DNA of 64,000 bases from Polyangiaceae bacterium (GTDB lineage: Bacteria > Myxococcota_A > Polyangia > Polyangiales > Polyangiaceae), in the NCBI GenBank assembly GCA_965222375.1, contig CBDCTZ010000012.1:224001-288000 (forward strand). Direction: 5' to 3'. Below the pieces are notes generated by a model. The model searched no databases. It had not been told where the DNA came from and saw only the letters and a program-made list of their open reading frames with translations. A program made the position numbers and the translations under genes. Within the stretch, counting starts at the first letter, position 1. Every line of letters starts with the position of its first letter. Below, in pieces: positions 43,297 through 53,623 of this stretch.

Positions 43297-45021
43297 TCAG
43301 GTTGGAGCGGCTACCGGCAGGGGACTCGTGCGCTCCGGTGGCAGGTGCTCTCGCAGATCCGCGAGTAGCTCGTCTCGCAAGCCTTTGGAGTCGGGATCGT
43401 GAAAGCGGTTGTTCCACTGCTGAGGATCCGCGGCCAGATCGTACAGCTCGCCTTCGCTACCGCCGTAGCGCGGGATCTCGCAACCCCGACCCCAAATCGA
43501 CCAATAAAACGGAAACTGGCCGCCTAGGCCTCGGGTGGACGGCAGGTAGCGCGTGCACAACTTGTCGTCGCGGAAAATGGTGTGCAGATGCATGCCCACC
43601 GGCGCGAACTGGCTGTCGAACGTGGTGATCACGCGCTCGCAACCGGAGCCCGGCGCGGTGGGCAGTGGGCTGCCCTGCATGCTGCTCGGAACCTCGAGCC
43701 CGGCCACTTGCGCGAAGGTCGGCGCCAAGTCGACATGACCGACCGGCTCCGGCACATCGGCGGCAGGGATACCGGTGGAGGGAGCGGGGCGCCACATCAG
43801 CGGAATGTGCAGCAGCGATGTCACGTGATACGGGCCCTTGAAGAAGAGCCCGTGATCTCCTTGCAGGTCGCCGTGATCCGAGGTGTAGAAGATGTCGGTG
43901 TTGTCGTCGACACCAGCTTCGACGAGAAAGTCCAGCACGCGACCGATCGCTTCGTCGAGCAACTCGTTCTCGACGTGGATCATCGCGAGCATTTCGCGGA
44001 GGGCATCGTCGCTGAGGGAGCCAGGGCGAAACGCGGTTGGGCCGCCCTCGGGGTTCGAGAAGCGCCCTTGCCACCACCAACTCCAGTGGGCGGGTTTGGT
44101 TTCCAGAAAGGATTCGATGTCGCGGCGCGCCGGGCGACCGGGGGGTAGCTCCAGATCCCGATAGTCGATGCGTCGCTTGACCTCGTCGAAGGGTGGGTCG
44201 AAGGGGTGATGCGGATCCGGAAAGCTCATCCAACACAGCCAGCGCTCGTCGACGCTGCGTTCTTTGAGCCAAGCCAGGGTGCGATCCGCGACCCAATCCG
44301 TGTGATACAGGCCCCGGGGAATGGGGTTGTGGGCCACTTCCGGCGCGCCGGTGTCGCCGCCGCCTTTGCCCGTGAGCACCGAGGAGAACCCGCTGACGTG
44401 CTCCGGGTGCTTCCGACGAATGAAGTCCGCGTAGTGGTGGCCGCCCACGGGACCATGAGTGGCGAGCTCCAAGTGTTCGAAGCCATGCCAGCGCCCGGAG
44501 AGCCCAGTGGCCGCGACATGGTTTTCCGTGAATCGCAGCGTTGGATCCAGATGCGGGTCGAAGTGTGCCTTGCCGATGAGCGCCGTGCGGTAGCCCGCCA
44601 GCGCCAGATCTTCGGCGACGCTAGGGGCACTCTCAGGCAGCCGGATCCCGTTGGCGATGACACCGTGGCTGCGGGGATGCTGGCCGGTCAACATCGTGGA
44701 ACGGCTTGGCATGCAGACCACGTTCTGCACGTGGGCTCGCCGGTAGACGATTCCCTGCTTCCCGAGGGCGTCGAGTACCGGTGTCTTCGCGACGGTTCCG
44801 CCGTTGATGCCCAAGGCGTCGTAGCGTTGTTGATCAACGGTGATGAAGAGGATGTTGCGCGCCTGGGTCGGGGGCGATCTGCGTGTAGACGCCGGTGCAC
44901 TCTGGCCACGCCGCTGCCAGCGAGACTGAGCGCGCCGCAGGGCGAGCATGCCGCCCGTCACATGCACCAAGGCGCGAGCGCCTCGTTCCAACACCGTCAT
45001 TCGGAAAGGAGGTCCGCTCAT
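43297..45021 (-). CDS. Sulfatase (Cys-type formylglycine motif)
   Basis: NILFITVDQQR, CMPSRSTMLTG, GKAHF, SFPDPHHP, SDHGD; start uncertain (45021 or 45000). Confidence 0.88.
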   Translation of the reverse strand: MSGPPFRMTVLERGARALVHVTGGMLALRRAQSRWQRRGQSAPASTRRSPPTQARNILFITVDQQRYDALGINGGTVAKTPVLDALGKQGIVYRRAHVQNVVCMPSRSTMLTGQHPRSHGVIANGIRLPESAPSVAEDLALAGYRTALIGKAHFDPHLDPTLRFTENHVAATGLSGRWHGFEHLELATHGPVGGHHYADFIRRKHPEHVSGFSSVLTGKGGGDTGAPEVAHNPIPRGLYHTDWVADRTLAWLKERSVDERWLCWMSFPDPHHPFDPPFDEVKRRIDYRDLELPPGRPARRDIESFLETKPAHWSWWWQGRFSNPEGGPTAFRPGSLSDDALREMLAMIHVENELLDEAIGRVLDFLVEAGVDDNTDIFYTSDHGDLQGDHGLFFKGPYHVTSLLHIPLMWRPAPSTGIPAADVPEPVGHVDLAPTFAQVAGLEVPSSMQGSPLPTAPGSGCERVITTFDSQFAPVGMHLHTIFRDDKLCTRYLPSTRGLGGQFPFYWSIWGRGCEIPRYGGSEGELYDLAADPQQWNNRFHDPDSKGLRDELLADLREHLPPERTSPLPVAAPT

Positions 45022-45250
45022 GACCACGGCGTCAACCGGCATCCCGTCGCAACCCCGGCCGGCGCGGGGCGCCGGGCTTGGGCGCGCCGGTCTCCCCCGT
45101 CGGGGATTCCCCAGGGTCGCCCGGAAGCGAAGCTGAGGACGGCGGCCGTGTTGGGCGTGCCAAGCGCGGGGGCAGCCCCAAAACCAACGGCGAATCCCGA
45201 ATTTGCTGCTCACTCCGGGTGCATTTGACCTGGGCACCACGGCGTAATAC

Positions 45251-45262
45251 TTCGTACACGAA
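45251..45262. promoter_or_regulatory. Palindrome upstream of marR (putative operator)
   Basis: TTCGT-AC-ACGAA in an AT-rich patch 12 nt before the ATG. Confidence 0.5.
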
Positions 45263-45274
45263 ACAATTATCGTC

Positions 45275-45790
45275 ATGGCCCGCCCTGCTACATCCGCTTC
45301 GCCCCTCGGTGCTTCGCAGCAAGAAGCGCCGGAGGATCTCGACGCCATCGTCGAAGCGATCGTATTTCTTTACACTGAGAGCCGGCGCATCACGAAAGGG
45401 CTCGCTGGGCGCCACGGTTTGACCGGACCGCAGTTGGCGGTGATCAAGATGCTCGAACCCGTCGGGAAGCTGAGCCTCTCGGAGCTGTCCTGGAAGATCA
45501 AAGCGCGCAACAGCACCGTGACCGGGATCATCGACCGCATGGAGCGCGAAGGTTGGGTCGAGCGTCAGCGTTCGGAAGAGGACCGACGTGTGGTGCACAT
45601 TGCGCTGACTGCACGCGGTCGACGGTTGGCTTCCGGGATTTCAATCGAGCCGGTCACGATTTTTCGTCGAGTGTTGTCGGAGCTGAGCGAGCGTGATGCT
45701 CGCGAGCTTCGCCGGATCTTGACGCGCTTGGCTCGCCGCGTGCGAGCGTTGGTCAACGAGCTGCCCACGGGTGGTACCGAAGGAGTCTGA
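45275..45790 (+). CDS. MarR family regulator
   Basis: GLTGPQ, STVTGIIDRME..GWVER, DRRVV...LT. Confidence 0.9.
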   Translation: MARPATSASPLGASQQEAPEDLDAIVEAIVFLYTESRRITKGLAGRHGLTGPQLAVIKMLEPVGKLSLSELSWKIKARNSTVTGIIDRMEREGWVERQRSEEDRRVVHIALTARGRRLASGISIEPVTIFRRVLSELSERDARELRRILTRLARRVRALVNELPTGGTEGV

Positions 45791-45795
45791 GCATA

Positions 45796-46664
45796 TGACA
45801 ACGAGAGATCCGGACGTTTGCGTGATCACCTGCGCGCTCACTGGCGTGTTGGCCAATCGCAAGCAATGCCCAGGTATCCCCTACACGCCCGAGGAGATCG
45901 GTGAAGAAGCCCGCCGTGCCTACGAGGCCGGCGCGTCGGTGACGCATATCCACGCTCGCAACGACGACGGTACGCCCACCTTTTCGCCCGCGGTCTTCGC
46001 TCGCATCAAAGAAGAGGTGCGTAAGCGCTCCCCAATCATCTTGAACTACTCCACGGGCACGATGCTCGACGATGTCAGCGAGCAGTGCACATACATCCGT
46101 GAGTCACAGCCTGAAATTGCCGCCCTGAACATGGGCACGATGAACTATTCGAAGTACAGCAAGAAGCGCAAAGAGTTTGTCTTCGATATGGTGTTCCCGA
46201 ATACCTACGAGAAGATCATCAAGCTGCTCTCTGCAATGAACGAAGCTGGCGTGAAGCCAGAGTTGGAATGTTTCGACTCCGGGCATACTCACGGCGTGTG
46301 GCCGTTGGTGGAGATGGGCGTGCTCAAGCCTCCGCTGCAGTACTCTTTCATCGTGAACGTCCTGGGCGGGATCCCGCCTTTGGTGGAGAGCCTGCAGCTG
46401 CAGAGCAAGATCACCGTGCCAGGTAGCGAGTGGGAAGTGATCGCCATCAGCCACGGCCATTGGCGCATGTTGGGGACGGGACTGGTCCTTGGAGGCAACA
46501 TCCGCACGGGACTGGAGGATCATCTCTATCTACCCAATGGGGAGATGGCGAAGTCCAACGGCGACATGGTCGAAGTGGCGGCACGCATGTGCAACGACAT
46601 GGGGCGCCGTCCGGCGACCGTGGAGGAAGCGTGGCAGATCTTGAGTTTGCCCGAGGCCAGTTGA
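45796..46664 (+). CDS. DUF849 beta-keto acid cleavage enzyme (Kce-like)
   Basis: ITCALTG, IPYTPEEI, HIHAR, PELECFD, RTGLED. Confidence 0.9.
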
Positions 46665-47635
46665 TGCGGCTGCTGCCGGTCATCTGCCTCGGCTTGGGCG
46701 TGGTCGCCCTGGGCTGCTCCGACGACTCCTCGGGCTTGCCCGCCGCACCCGTATTCGATGCGGGCAGCGACGTCGGCACGGACGCCCCGGTTTCGGGGGA
46801 TGCCAGCCTCGATGCCAAATCCGACACCGGCGGCGGCGATGCAGCGATTGAAGCCGGTGGCGCGAGCCTCTCGATGATGAGCTGGAACATCGAGAACTAC
46901 CCTCTGAGTGCCAGCACCGCCGGCAGCGTCGCAGCCATCGTGGCTCAGCAGGCGCCCGATCTGATCGCTGTACAAGAAATCGCGGACGCCAGCGCCTTCG
47001 GTGCCTTGGCTCCCAAGCTGCCCGCCGGCTACGAAATCGTCCTGAACGATGACCCGGGTGGCTTCCTGCGCGTGGGCCTGGTCACTCAATCCCAGCGAGT
47101 GAGCGTGAGTGAAGTCGAAACCCTGTTTCAGAGTGACGGCTACGCCTTCCCACGGCCGCCGCTGAAGGCGCGGGTCGTGGCGCATGGTGTGGGCAGCGGA
47201 AGTTTCGACTTCGTCGTCGTCGTGGTCCATCTCAAGGCCCAGCTCAATCAGGCCAGTCAAGACCGACGAAGGGATGCCTGCGTCAAGTTAGATGCTTGGC
47301 TCAGTGCGGAAATGGCGAAGGGCGGCGAGCAAGACTACGTAGTGATCGGTGACTTCAACGATGAACTCGACGATCCTCCCCAGTGGAATGTATTCAGCCC
47401 ACTGCTCAGCAAGACGAGCAGCTACACCTTTTTGACCAACGACGAAGTGAAGGCGGGCAAGCATACCTATCTGCCGTTCCAGAGCTTTCTGGATCACGTC
47501 CTCGTGACCTCCGACACCTTGGTCGAATACGGCGCGGGCACCACCCACGTGGTGGAGCTGGAAAAGACTGTTGCCGACTACGAAAACTCGGTTTCCGATC
47601 ATCGTCCCGTGCTGTCAGTGTTCGCGAGCCCCTGA
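46664..47635 (+). CDS. Endonuclease/exonuclease/phosphatase family lipoprotein
   Basis: ALGC lipobox; SWNIE, AVQEI, HLKA, GDFND, LDHV, SDHRPV. Confidence 0.85.
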   Translation: MRLLPVICLGLGVVALGCSDDSSGLPAAPVFDAGSDVGTDAPVSGDASLDAKSDTGGGDAAIEAGGASLSMMSWNIENYPLSASTAGSVAAIVAQQAPDLIAVQEIADASAFGALAPKLPAGYEIVLNDDPGGFLRVGLVTQSQRVSVSEVETLFQSDGYAFPRPPLKARVVAHGVGSGSFDFVVVVVHLKAQLNQASQDRRRDACVKLDAWLSAEMAKGGEQDYVVIGDFNDELDDPPQWNVFSPLLSKTSSYTFLTNDEVKAGKHTYLPFQSFLDHVLVTSDTLVEYGAGTTHVVELEKTVADYENSVSDHRPVLSVFASP

Positions 47636-47662
47636 GCGTACGTGCTTTTCCAAGAGGACCCG

Positions 47663-48448
47663 ATGCAACAACGCCCCTATGCGACGATCGTCACCGCCGT
47701 GGACGCCAGTGTACTCACGGTGACTTTGAACCGACCCGAAAAGCGCAACGCCATCGGCACCCAGATGGTGAACGAGCTCCTGTACGCCCTGGAGGACGCC
47801 GAGGCCGACGCGGCGGTCAGGGTAGTGGTCGTCACCGGGGCCGGGAAGGCTTTCTGCGCAGGCGGAGACTTCTCCCAATTCGCTGGAGGCAGCGACGATT
47901 CTGCATTGCCACCCAAGGGCGACTATCGAGATCTGCTGGGGCGCTTGTGGCGCAGCAAGCTGCCCGTGATCGCTCGGGTGAACGGGCACGCCATGGGTGG
48001 TGGGCTCGGGTTGGTGGCCGCGTGCACCTTCGCCATTGCGAGCACGGACGCGAAGCTCGGGACCCCGGAAGTCAACGTAGGCCTGTTCCCCTTCATGATC
48101 GCCGCGGTGCTGGAGCGCGTGATGGGGCGGCGTGCGCTCTACAAGATGATGCTCTTCGGTGAGCGTTACGACGGAGCCAAAGCGGCCGAGCTAGGCTTGG
48201 TCAACGAAGCTGTATCAGCGGACGAGCTGGACGCTGCGGTCAAGCGCTACACCGGCGCGGTGCTGTCGAAGAGCCCACTGACGCTGCGCCTGGGTTTGAC
48301 GGCCATGGCGGACACCGAGGAGATGTCTCTGGATGAGAAGCTTCCGATCTTGGCAGAGCGCCTGACTGAAGCGATTGGAACCGACGACGCTCGAGAGGGG
48401 CTCTCCGCCTTCTTCGAAAAACGCAAGCCGAACTGGATCGGCAAGTAG
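47663..48448 (+). CDS. Enoyl-CoA hydratase/isomerase
   Basis: LNRPEKRNA, FCAGGDF, NGHAMGGG, PEVNVGLFP. Confidence 0.92.
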   Translation: MQQRPYATIVTAVDASVLTVTLNRPEKRNAIGTQMVNELLYALEDAEADAAVRVVVVTGAGKAFCAGGDFSQFAGGSDDSALPPKGDYRDLLGRLWRSKLPVIARVNGHAMGGGLGLVAACTFAIASTDAKLGTPEVNVGLFPFMIAAVLERVMGRRALYKMMLFGERYDGAKAAELGLVNEAVSADELDAAVKRYTGAVLSKSPLTLRLGLTAMADTEEMSLDEKLPILAERLTEAIGTDDAREGLSAFFEKRKPNWIGK

Positions 48449-48548
48449 ACCTCGTTTGGGTTGGGGTCGCGGCGCCGTGCCGTCGCTGGGGCACTACTCT
48501 CGCGCTGGCCCCTGCGGGTGCATTGGCGTCGAGCAACGTCAGTGGTGG

Positions 48549-49598
48549 CTAGTTCGTCGAGGCGGGCATCGTGATGCGCCGGTTCTTGCAGGAGGACGTG
48601 GCGGGCCATTCGTCGAATTGGATCGCCAAGGTCGGGTAAGCGGCGCTCGACCAGAAACTGCTCCAGGGCACCGAACTCTTGGAACAACCCGTGCCTGCGG
48701 CGCCGCATTCGCAGGTCCCGGCACCAGCGTGCACTTTGGACACCTGAAAGTGCAGATGCACGCCCGTGGACCAGCCCGTGGTCCCCGCCTTGGCCAAGGC
48801 TTGGCCTTGGCTGACGGAGCCACCGCAGGTCACGCCGGATGCCAGGGTCATGCCGCCCAGGTGCAAGTAGGTGGCGTGGGTGCCGTCGCCATGGTCGATC
48901 ACGATCAGATTTGCGTCGTTGACACAGGAACTCGAGCCGCAACCAGAGGTGGAGTTGATTTTCAGGTGGGTCACGGTGCCGCCGCGGGCCGCGACGACGG
49001 TGAAGGCGCTTCCGTTGGCAAAGTCCCAAGCGTAGCCCGCGTCGCCAACGTGGTCGTTGCAGCAGGAGTCGTTGCAATCTTGAGTCAGCTGCATGCTCAC
49101 GCCGGACTTCCACGGCAGCTTGTAGCCGTCGGGCGAGGTGACGGTCTTGCAGTGATCTGCCACGCCCGGAGCCTCGACGACGCAGCCGTTCGGGCAGGGG
49201 ATCGAGCTGACGGGCGGCTTGTTTGCGCCGGCGCATTGGTACAGCACGTTGGGATCGGCGTCCTTCATGTCGCCACCGCCGCAATAGGCACCGGACTGGG
49301 AGCCGAGGCAGATCGGATTGAAGCTACCGCCCCCAATGCCTCCGGTGTTGCCGCCTCCGGTGCCGGCGCTGCCGCCCGTGGATGTGCTGCCGGAAGCTCC
49401 TGCAGCTCCACTGCGACCCGCTGCGCCCGCAGTGCTCCCGCCGGTGCCAGGGAAACCACCGCCGGGGGTCACCCCACCGCTGCCGGCGCCGCCGCCAGAG
49501 TTCGCGCCGCCGGTTTCTCCCGCGATCCCGCCGTTGTCATCGCTGCTGCAACCCAGGACGAGACAACACGCTGCTAGTGCAAGGGCGGGGATCTTCAT
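48549..49598 (-). CDS. M23 peptidase family lipoprotein
   Basis: VLGC lipobox; H...AWDF, IDHGDG..TYLHL, TG.STGVHLHF. Confidence 0.82.
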   Translation of the reverse strand: MKIPALALAACCLVLGCSSDDNGGIAGETGGANSGGGAGSGGVTPGGGFPGTGGSTAGAAGRSGAAGASGSTSTGGSAGTGGGNTGGIGGGSFNPICLGSQSGAYCGGGDMKDADPNVLYQCAGANKPPVSSIPCPNGCVVEAPGVADHCKTVTSPDGYKLPWKSGVSMQLTQDCNDSCCNDHVGDAGYAWDFANGSAFTVVAARGGTVTHLKINSTSGCGSSSCVNDANLIVIDHGDGTHATYLHLGGMTLASGVTCGGSVSQGQALAKAGTTGWSTGVHLHFQVSKVHAGAGTCECGAAGTGCSKSSVPWSSFWSSAAYPTLAIQFDEWPATSSCKNRRITMPASTN

Positions 49599-49688
49599 CG
49601 CGGCTTCAGGATGACGCAAAGGCCATTGGGGGCGCAACCAGACAGGAAGGAAGCGCACGGCCGGGTCGCGATTTGCTACGCTCCCGCT

Positions 49689-50039
49689 GTGAAGATCTTC
49701 CACTATCCGAATTGCAGCACCTGCAAGCAGGCACTCAAGTGGCTGGATGCACGCGGGATCCACCACGAGCGCGCACACATCGTTGAAGCTCCGCCGAGTG
49801 TTTCGCAGTTGAAGCGCGCGCAGAAGCTGAGTGGCTTGCCTCTGAGGAAGCTATTCAACACCGCCGGGCAGGCGTATCGAAGCGGCGGCTACAAAGAAAA
49901 GCTCGCGCGGATGAGCGATGCCGAGGCCCTGGTGGCGCTTTCCGCAGACGGCATGCTGATCAAGCGCCCGCTACTTCTGGGCAAAGACGTCGCGCTGGTG
50001 GGCTTCAAGGAAGCACGTTGGAGCGAGGCGCTGGGTTGA
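49689..50039 (+). CDS. ArsC/Spx (YffB-like) family protein
   Basis: YPNCSTCKQA, LFNTAGQAYR, MLIKRPL. Confidence 0.88.
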   Translation: MKIFHYPNCSTCKQALKWLDARGIHHERAHIVEAPPSVSQLKRAQKLSGLPLRKLFNTAGQAYRSGGYKEKLARMSDAEALVALSADGMLIKRPLLLGKDVALVGFKEARWSEALG

Positions 50040-50108
50040 GGGCGTTTGGGTCCAACCTCGGCCTGCTGGCATTCACTGGAAAACCGTCATGGGGAGAAGG
50101 CTAGCGCC

Positions 50109-50546
50109 GTGAGTGTCGACGTCATCAGTGAAGTCGAGATCCGGCGCCCACGCAGCGAGGTGGCTGCCTTTGCGTCGGACCCTGACAACGTGCCCAAGTG
50201 GTACGTGAACATCACGTCTGTGGAGTGGAAGACCGAGCCACCCATCGGCATCGGTTCCCAGATCGCGTTCGTGGCCCGTTTCTTAGGTAAGCGACTTGAG
50301 TACACCTACGAGGTGATCGAGTGGGTGCCCGATGAGCGCTTGGTGATGCGCACCGCGCAAGGGCCGTTCCCGATGGAAACGACCTACGCCTGGCAAGACG
50401 TGGCCGACCGAGGCACTCGCATGACGTTGCGAAATCGCGGCGTGCCCAAGGGCTTTTCGAGCCTAATGGCGCCACTGATGGCGCGGGCCGTGCGCAAAGC
50501 CAACGTGAAGGACCTAGCCGCGTTGAAGGAGCTGCTGGAAGCGTGA
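50109..50546 (+). CDS. SRPBCC family protein
   Basis: I.RPRSEV..FA.DP.N.P.W, GPFPMETTY. Confidence 0.85.
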   Translation: MSVDVISEVEIRRPRSEVAAFASDPDNVPKWYVNITSVEWKTEPPIGIGSQIAFVARFLGKRLEYTYEVIEWVPDERLVMRTAQGPFPMETTYAWQDVADRGTRMTLRNRGVPKGFSSLMAPLMARAVRKANVKDLAALKELLEA

Positions 50547-50639
50547 GCGGCGCGGAGCCTGCGGTTCGCCGAGCGACGCGGCAAATGGCCAAGAGCCCGA
50601 ACTCAGAAATGCCCGGGGTCTTGGCATTTGGGGGGCTGC

Positions 50640-51806
50640 CTATGGAACTAGGTAGTCGATCACGATCTGGAGATTGCCGACGGAAAAGACCGCCGAATCG
50701 TGAACGCCGTCGAAGTCGCTGATCTTGTCGAACTCCAGGCGGTATTGGGAACGATTGTTGCGTGCCACACGGTTCTTGTAGTCGTTGTCGATCTCCGTGG
50801 TCACGCTGATGTTCTTCACTCCGAGCGTAGAGCTCGTCACGGCCGTCGGCGACGTGCTCATGGCAGTGGCGTTGAACGCCTCGAGGTTGATTGCGGAGAA
50901 GATCACGTGCTTGGTTCGGATCGACCCCAAGTTGGCAGCGCCGTACGGGGTGCCATTGATGTTGCTCTGGTCTGCACGGATCGTGGCGTAGTTGAACTTC
51001 GTGATGTTGGCCGGCAACGACGTGATGCTGAAGCTAGCGAAACCCTTGTACTGGGCGTTTGCCGCCGTACCGCTATCGCCGACGACGATCGAGGCAGTGG
51101 TGGAGATGCCATCTGCGCGGAAGGAACCGGTCAAGGGCGCCCAGTCCGCGAGCGTCTGAGTGATGTGACGCAGAGTGCTGAAGCTCGAGTTGGTCGTCGC
51201 CGCGAGCGGGTTGCCGGCGACGTCCGTCGCCGTCGTCGTGATGCTGAAGGTATAGACCTTGGGCTTGACGATGATGGGGCTCTTGCCAGCGCTGTAACTC
51301 AGGTTGCTGTTCGGGTTCACCGTGAGCACGGTCCCGCCGCCGCTCCAGGTCATCACGGTGGCAGCGCCCGGAATACTCGCTGACTGATACGCCGCTTGGG
51401 TAGCTGCTTGGTTCATGGGCTCACTGAAGGTGATCACGATGTTTGTCGAGCTCAGTACGCCCGTCGCGCCTTTTGCGGGGGAAAGAGACACGATTGTGGG
51501 TGGCGTGGTGTCGCCACCGCTACCACCCGAGCCGGCGCTGCCGCTCGAACCTGCGCTGCCAGCGGAACCGGCACTGCCGCCTGCACCGGAGCTTCCACTT
51601 GCGCCTCCACCGCTCGCGCCAGCGGTTCCGCCCGTAGCGCCGGCGCCGCCGGTCGCACCGACGCCGCCTGTCGCCCCAACTCCTCCTGTCGCTGCGGTGC
51701 CGCCAGTTCCCCCGGTCACGGATCCATCGTCGGAGCCGCAGCTAGTTGCAGCGAAAAACAACGCCGAAGCGCCCAGCAACACCTGGAGTCTGGTTGTGTA
51801 AGTCAT
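50640..51806 (-). CDS. Lipoprotein with bacterial Ig-like (Big_5-type) domain
   Basis: TSC lipobox-like, Gly linker, DTTPP...SP..GA...ITFSEPM...TDVAGNPL. Confidence 0.75.
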   Translation of the reverse strand: MTYTTRLQVLLGASALFFAATSCGSDDGSVTGGTGGTAATGGVGATGGVGATGGAGATGGTAGASGGGASGSSGAGGSAGSAGSAGSSGSAGSGGSGGDTTPPTIVSLSPAKGATGVLSSTNIVITFSEPMNQAATQAAYQSASIPGAATVMTWSGGGTVLTVNPNSNLSYSAGKSPIIVKPKVYTFSITTTATDVAGNPLAATTNSSFSTLRHITQTLADWAPLTGSFRADGISTTASIVVGDSGTAANAQYKGFASFSITSLPANITKFNYATIRADQSNINGTPYGAANLGSIRTKHVIFSAINLEAFNATAMSTSPTAVTSSTLGVKNISVTTEIDNDYKNRVARNNRSQYRLEFDKISDFDGVHDSAVFSVGNLQIVIDYLVP

Positions 51807-51880
51807 CGCTCACTCCCTTCGGTTGATGTTGAAAGAACAGGGCGGGGTGCCGCGTCAGGGGCGCGGCGACTTGAAATTCG

Positions 51881-51896
51881 TGCAAAAGCAAGGCCG
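51881..51896 (-). promoter_or_regulatory. Putative sigma54 promoter for the Ig-like lipoprotein
   Basis: CGGCCTTGCTTTTGCA (GG-N10-GC, TTTGCA) about 75 nt upstream of the ATG. Confidence 0.5.
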
Positions 51897-52291
51897 CAAC
51901 GCCGGAAGCTGATGACCTAGATCAACGCTCCGCGATTCTGCGCAGGGCCTGCGCTTGTTGCCATCATCAGGACAAATCGAGCGGGGCTCCCAGCGGCCGT
52001 TTCGCCGGCGCTCTTCGCGTGCGCCCGGCTCGAAGGTGACGTGTATGGCGTGTCGACTTGCCGTGAGTTGAGCGGGTGGCGAGCGAAATCGTGTTCGCAA
52101 TTTGTGCGTGGGTGTGCTGCGGTGTTTTGTCGCAGGACGAATCGTGCGGCGGTGCTGGTGCGCTGCGCGTGGTGGGGATAGCGTGCAGCGAATGCCGACG
52201 CGTTTCTGCCGCGCGCACCGCCTGCGCACACGTGAATAAATGTCACGTCACCTCGCGTTGTAGAGCGACAATTCTTACCTAGGGATTGTTC

Positions 52292-52628
52292 ATGCGACGC
52301 ATCATGGCTCTGGTGTTGGTCGCGCTGGCGGGCACGCTCGCGGTTGCTTGCTCAGCAGCGACTCGGACAAGAATCGCAAGCGGTGAGAACATCGAGAGCT
52401 TCGACTCGAGCAAGGGCGTCTGGGTCGAGTGTCGTACTGACCGGACAGCAACAAAGCGTCGCGCAGGCGTGTGGCGGAACGAACCCCACCAGCGACCGTG
52501 AAATCATTGGAGGCGGGCCAGGTTCGACTCCGTGCAAGACAACCACCGAATGCTCTGGGGGTTGGATCTGCTGTCCGTGCATCGGATACTGTGTGTCGGA
52601 TGTACCGGACGCTTGCCCGCAGCCTTGA
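52292..52628 (+). pseudogene. Probable frameshifted small Cys-rich lipoprotein
   Basis: Signal+AVAC in one frame; Cys-rich tail CKTTTEC...CCPC..C...CPQP* in another. Confidence 0.45.
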
Positions 52629-52968
52629 ACGCGTCGATTCGGATGCCCGGCGCGTCATCCTGGCGCGCCGCGCCCGCTTCGTCGCTGCCGCGCTGGCGGG
52701 GCTAGCCGGCTGTCGGGCGGCTCCTCCCGCTAAACCGCCGGAGTCCGCAGTGACCGTGGCCGAGCCCGAGCCGGAAGCGGAGCCGAGGCCGGATCTGGAC
52801 GCCGGCGGGACGGATCTGCCCAAAAGGGCTCGAGCGCCCGACCGGGACAAGGACGGCGTGCCGGATGCCGACGACCAATGCGCGGATGAACCAGGCGTTT
52901 CCGACCCCGACAGCGAGCGGCTTGGCTGTCCAGACATGCACCCAATGATCTGCTTGTCAGAGTTTTGA
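52600..52968 (+). CDS. Small lipoprotein with TSP3-like acidic motif
   Basis: RRARFVAAALAGLAGC; DRDKDGVPDADDQC; start uncertain. Confidence 0.55.
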   Translation: MYRTLARSLERVDSDARRVILARRARFVAAALAGLAGCRAAPPAKPPESAVTVAEPEPEAEPRPDLDAGGTDLPKRARAPDRDKDGVPDADDQCADEPGVSDPDSERLGCPDMHPMICLSEF

Positions 52969-53045
52969 GCGCAGCGGAATTGGGACTCGGTCACGCTGGT
53001 CCCGATCATTTGTCCGGGCGAGGTCCGCCTAGGTACCCTTCGTCC

Positions 53046-53429
53046 GTGGACAGTACATTCGTCTTTTCGAGAGAACTCAGGACCCGGCCGGATTGCGAGG
53101 TATTTGCCCAGGTGCGGGCTCCCGGCAGTGCGGATGACTACGTGCTCGCCGTGCACGACGTGAGTCGGTCCGGGGCCCTGATTGAACTGTCGGACCTGGT
53201 GCCGCCCTGGCTGAGCACCGGCCAAGAAGTCGAGTTCACGGTCATCGCGGAGGGTGAGGGAAATAGCGCTGAGTTTCGCGGACCGATCACCCGCGTGGTC
53301 GAGGACGGCCAGCGTCGTGGCTTCGCGGTGCGCCTGGACCGACCCGGCTGGCGGGCGCGGAAGTACCTCAGGCGCCTGATCTCCGCTGGACGCCCGGTGC
53401 GCGAGACGAGCGTCGGACTCCCGGACTAA
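53046..53429 (+). CDS. PilZ domain protein
   Basis: RELRTR and DVSRSG motifs. Confidence 0.7.
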   Translation: MDSTFVFSRELRTRPDCEVFAQVRAPGSADDYVLAVHDVSRSGALIELSDLVPPWLSTGQEVEFTVIAEGEGNSAEFRGPITRVVEDGQRRGFAVRLDRPGWRARKYLRRLISAGRPVRETSVGLPD

Positions 53430-53623
53430 AGCGCTCAGCCCGGTCGGCGGTGCCAGTGCTGGGAGCGCCGCCGTTTCGCGAGGAAGATCGGCTCCCTAGG
53501 CGGCGTAGGAGGAGCGCCGGTGGGCTACCAGGCGGCCCCTCGCGGAGGCGGGGCCTGGGACCGAAGCGCCCGCGGGCCTTAGCTGTCCGTTGCCGGGCAG
53601 CGCGGATCTGGAGCCTAAAAAAA

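Noticed and set aside
52095..52240. Similarity to the HNH leader (reverse complement of about 32240-32370)
   Set aside because: Only short patches (ATTTGTGCG, GTTTT.GTCGC, AATAAA); not distinguishable from chance by eye
52518..52534. GGTTCGACTCC as a tRNA T-loop
   Set aside because: The T-stem does not pair and no cloverleaf can be built
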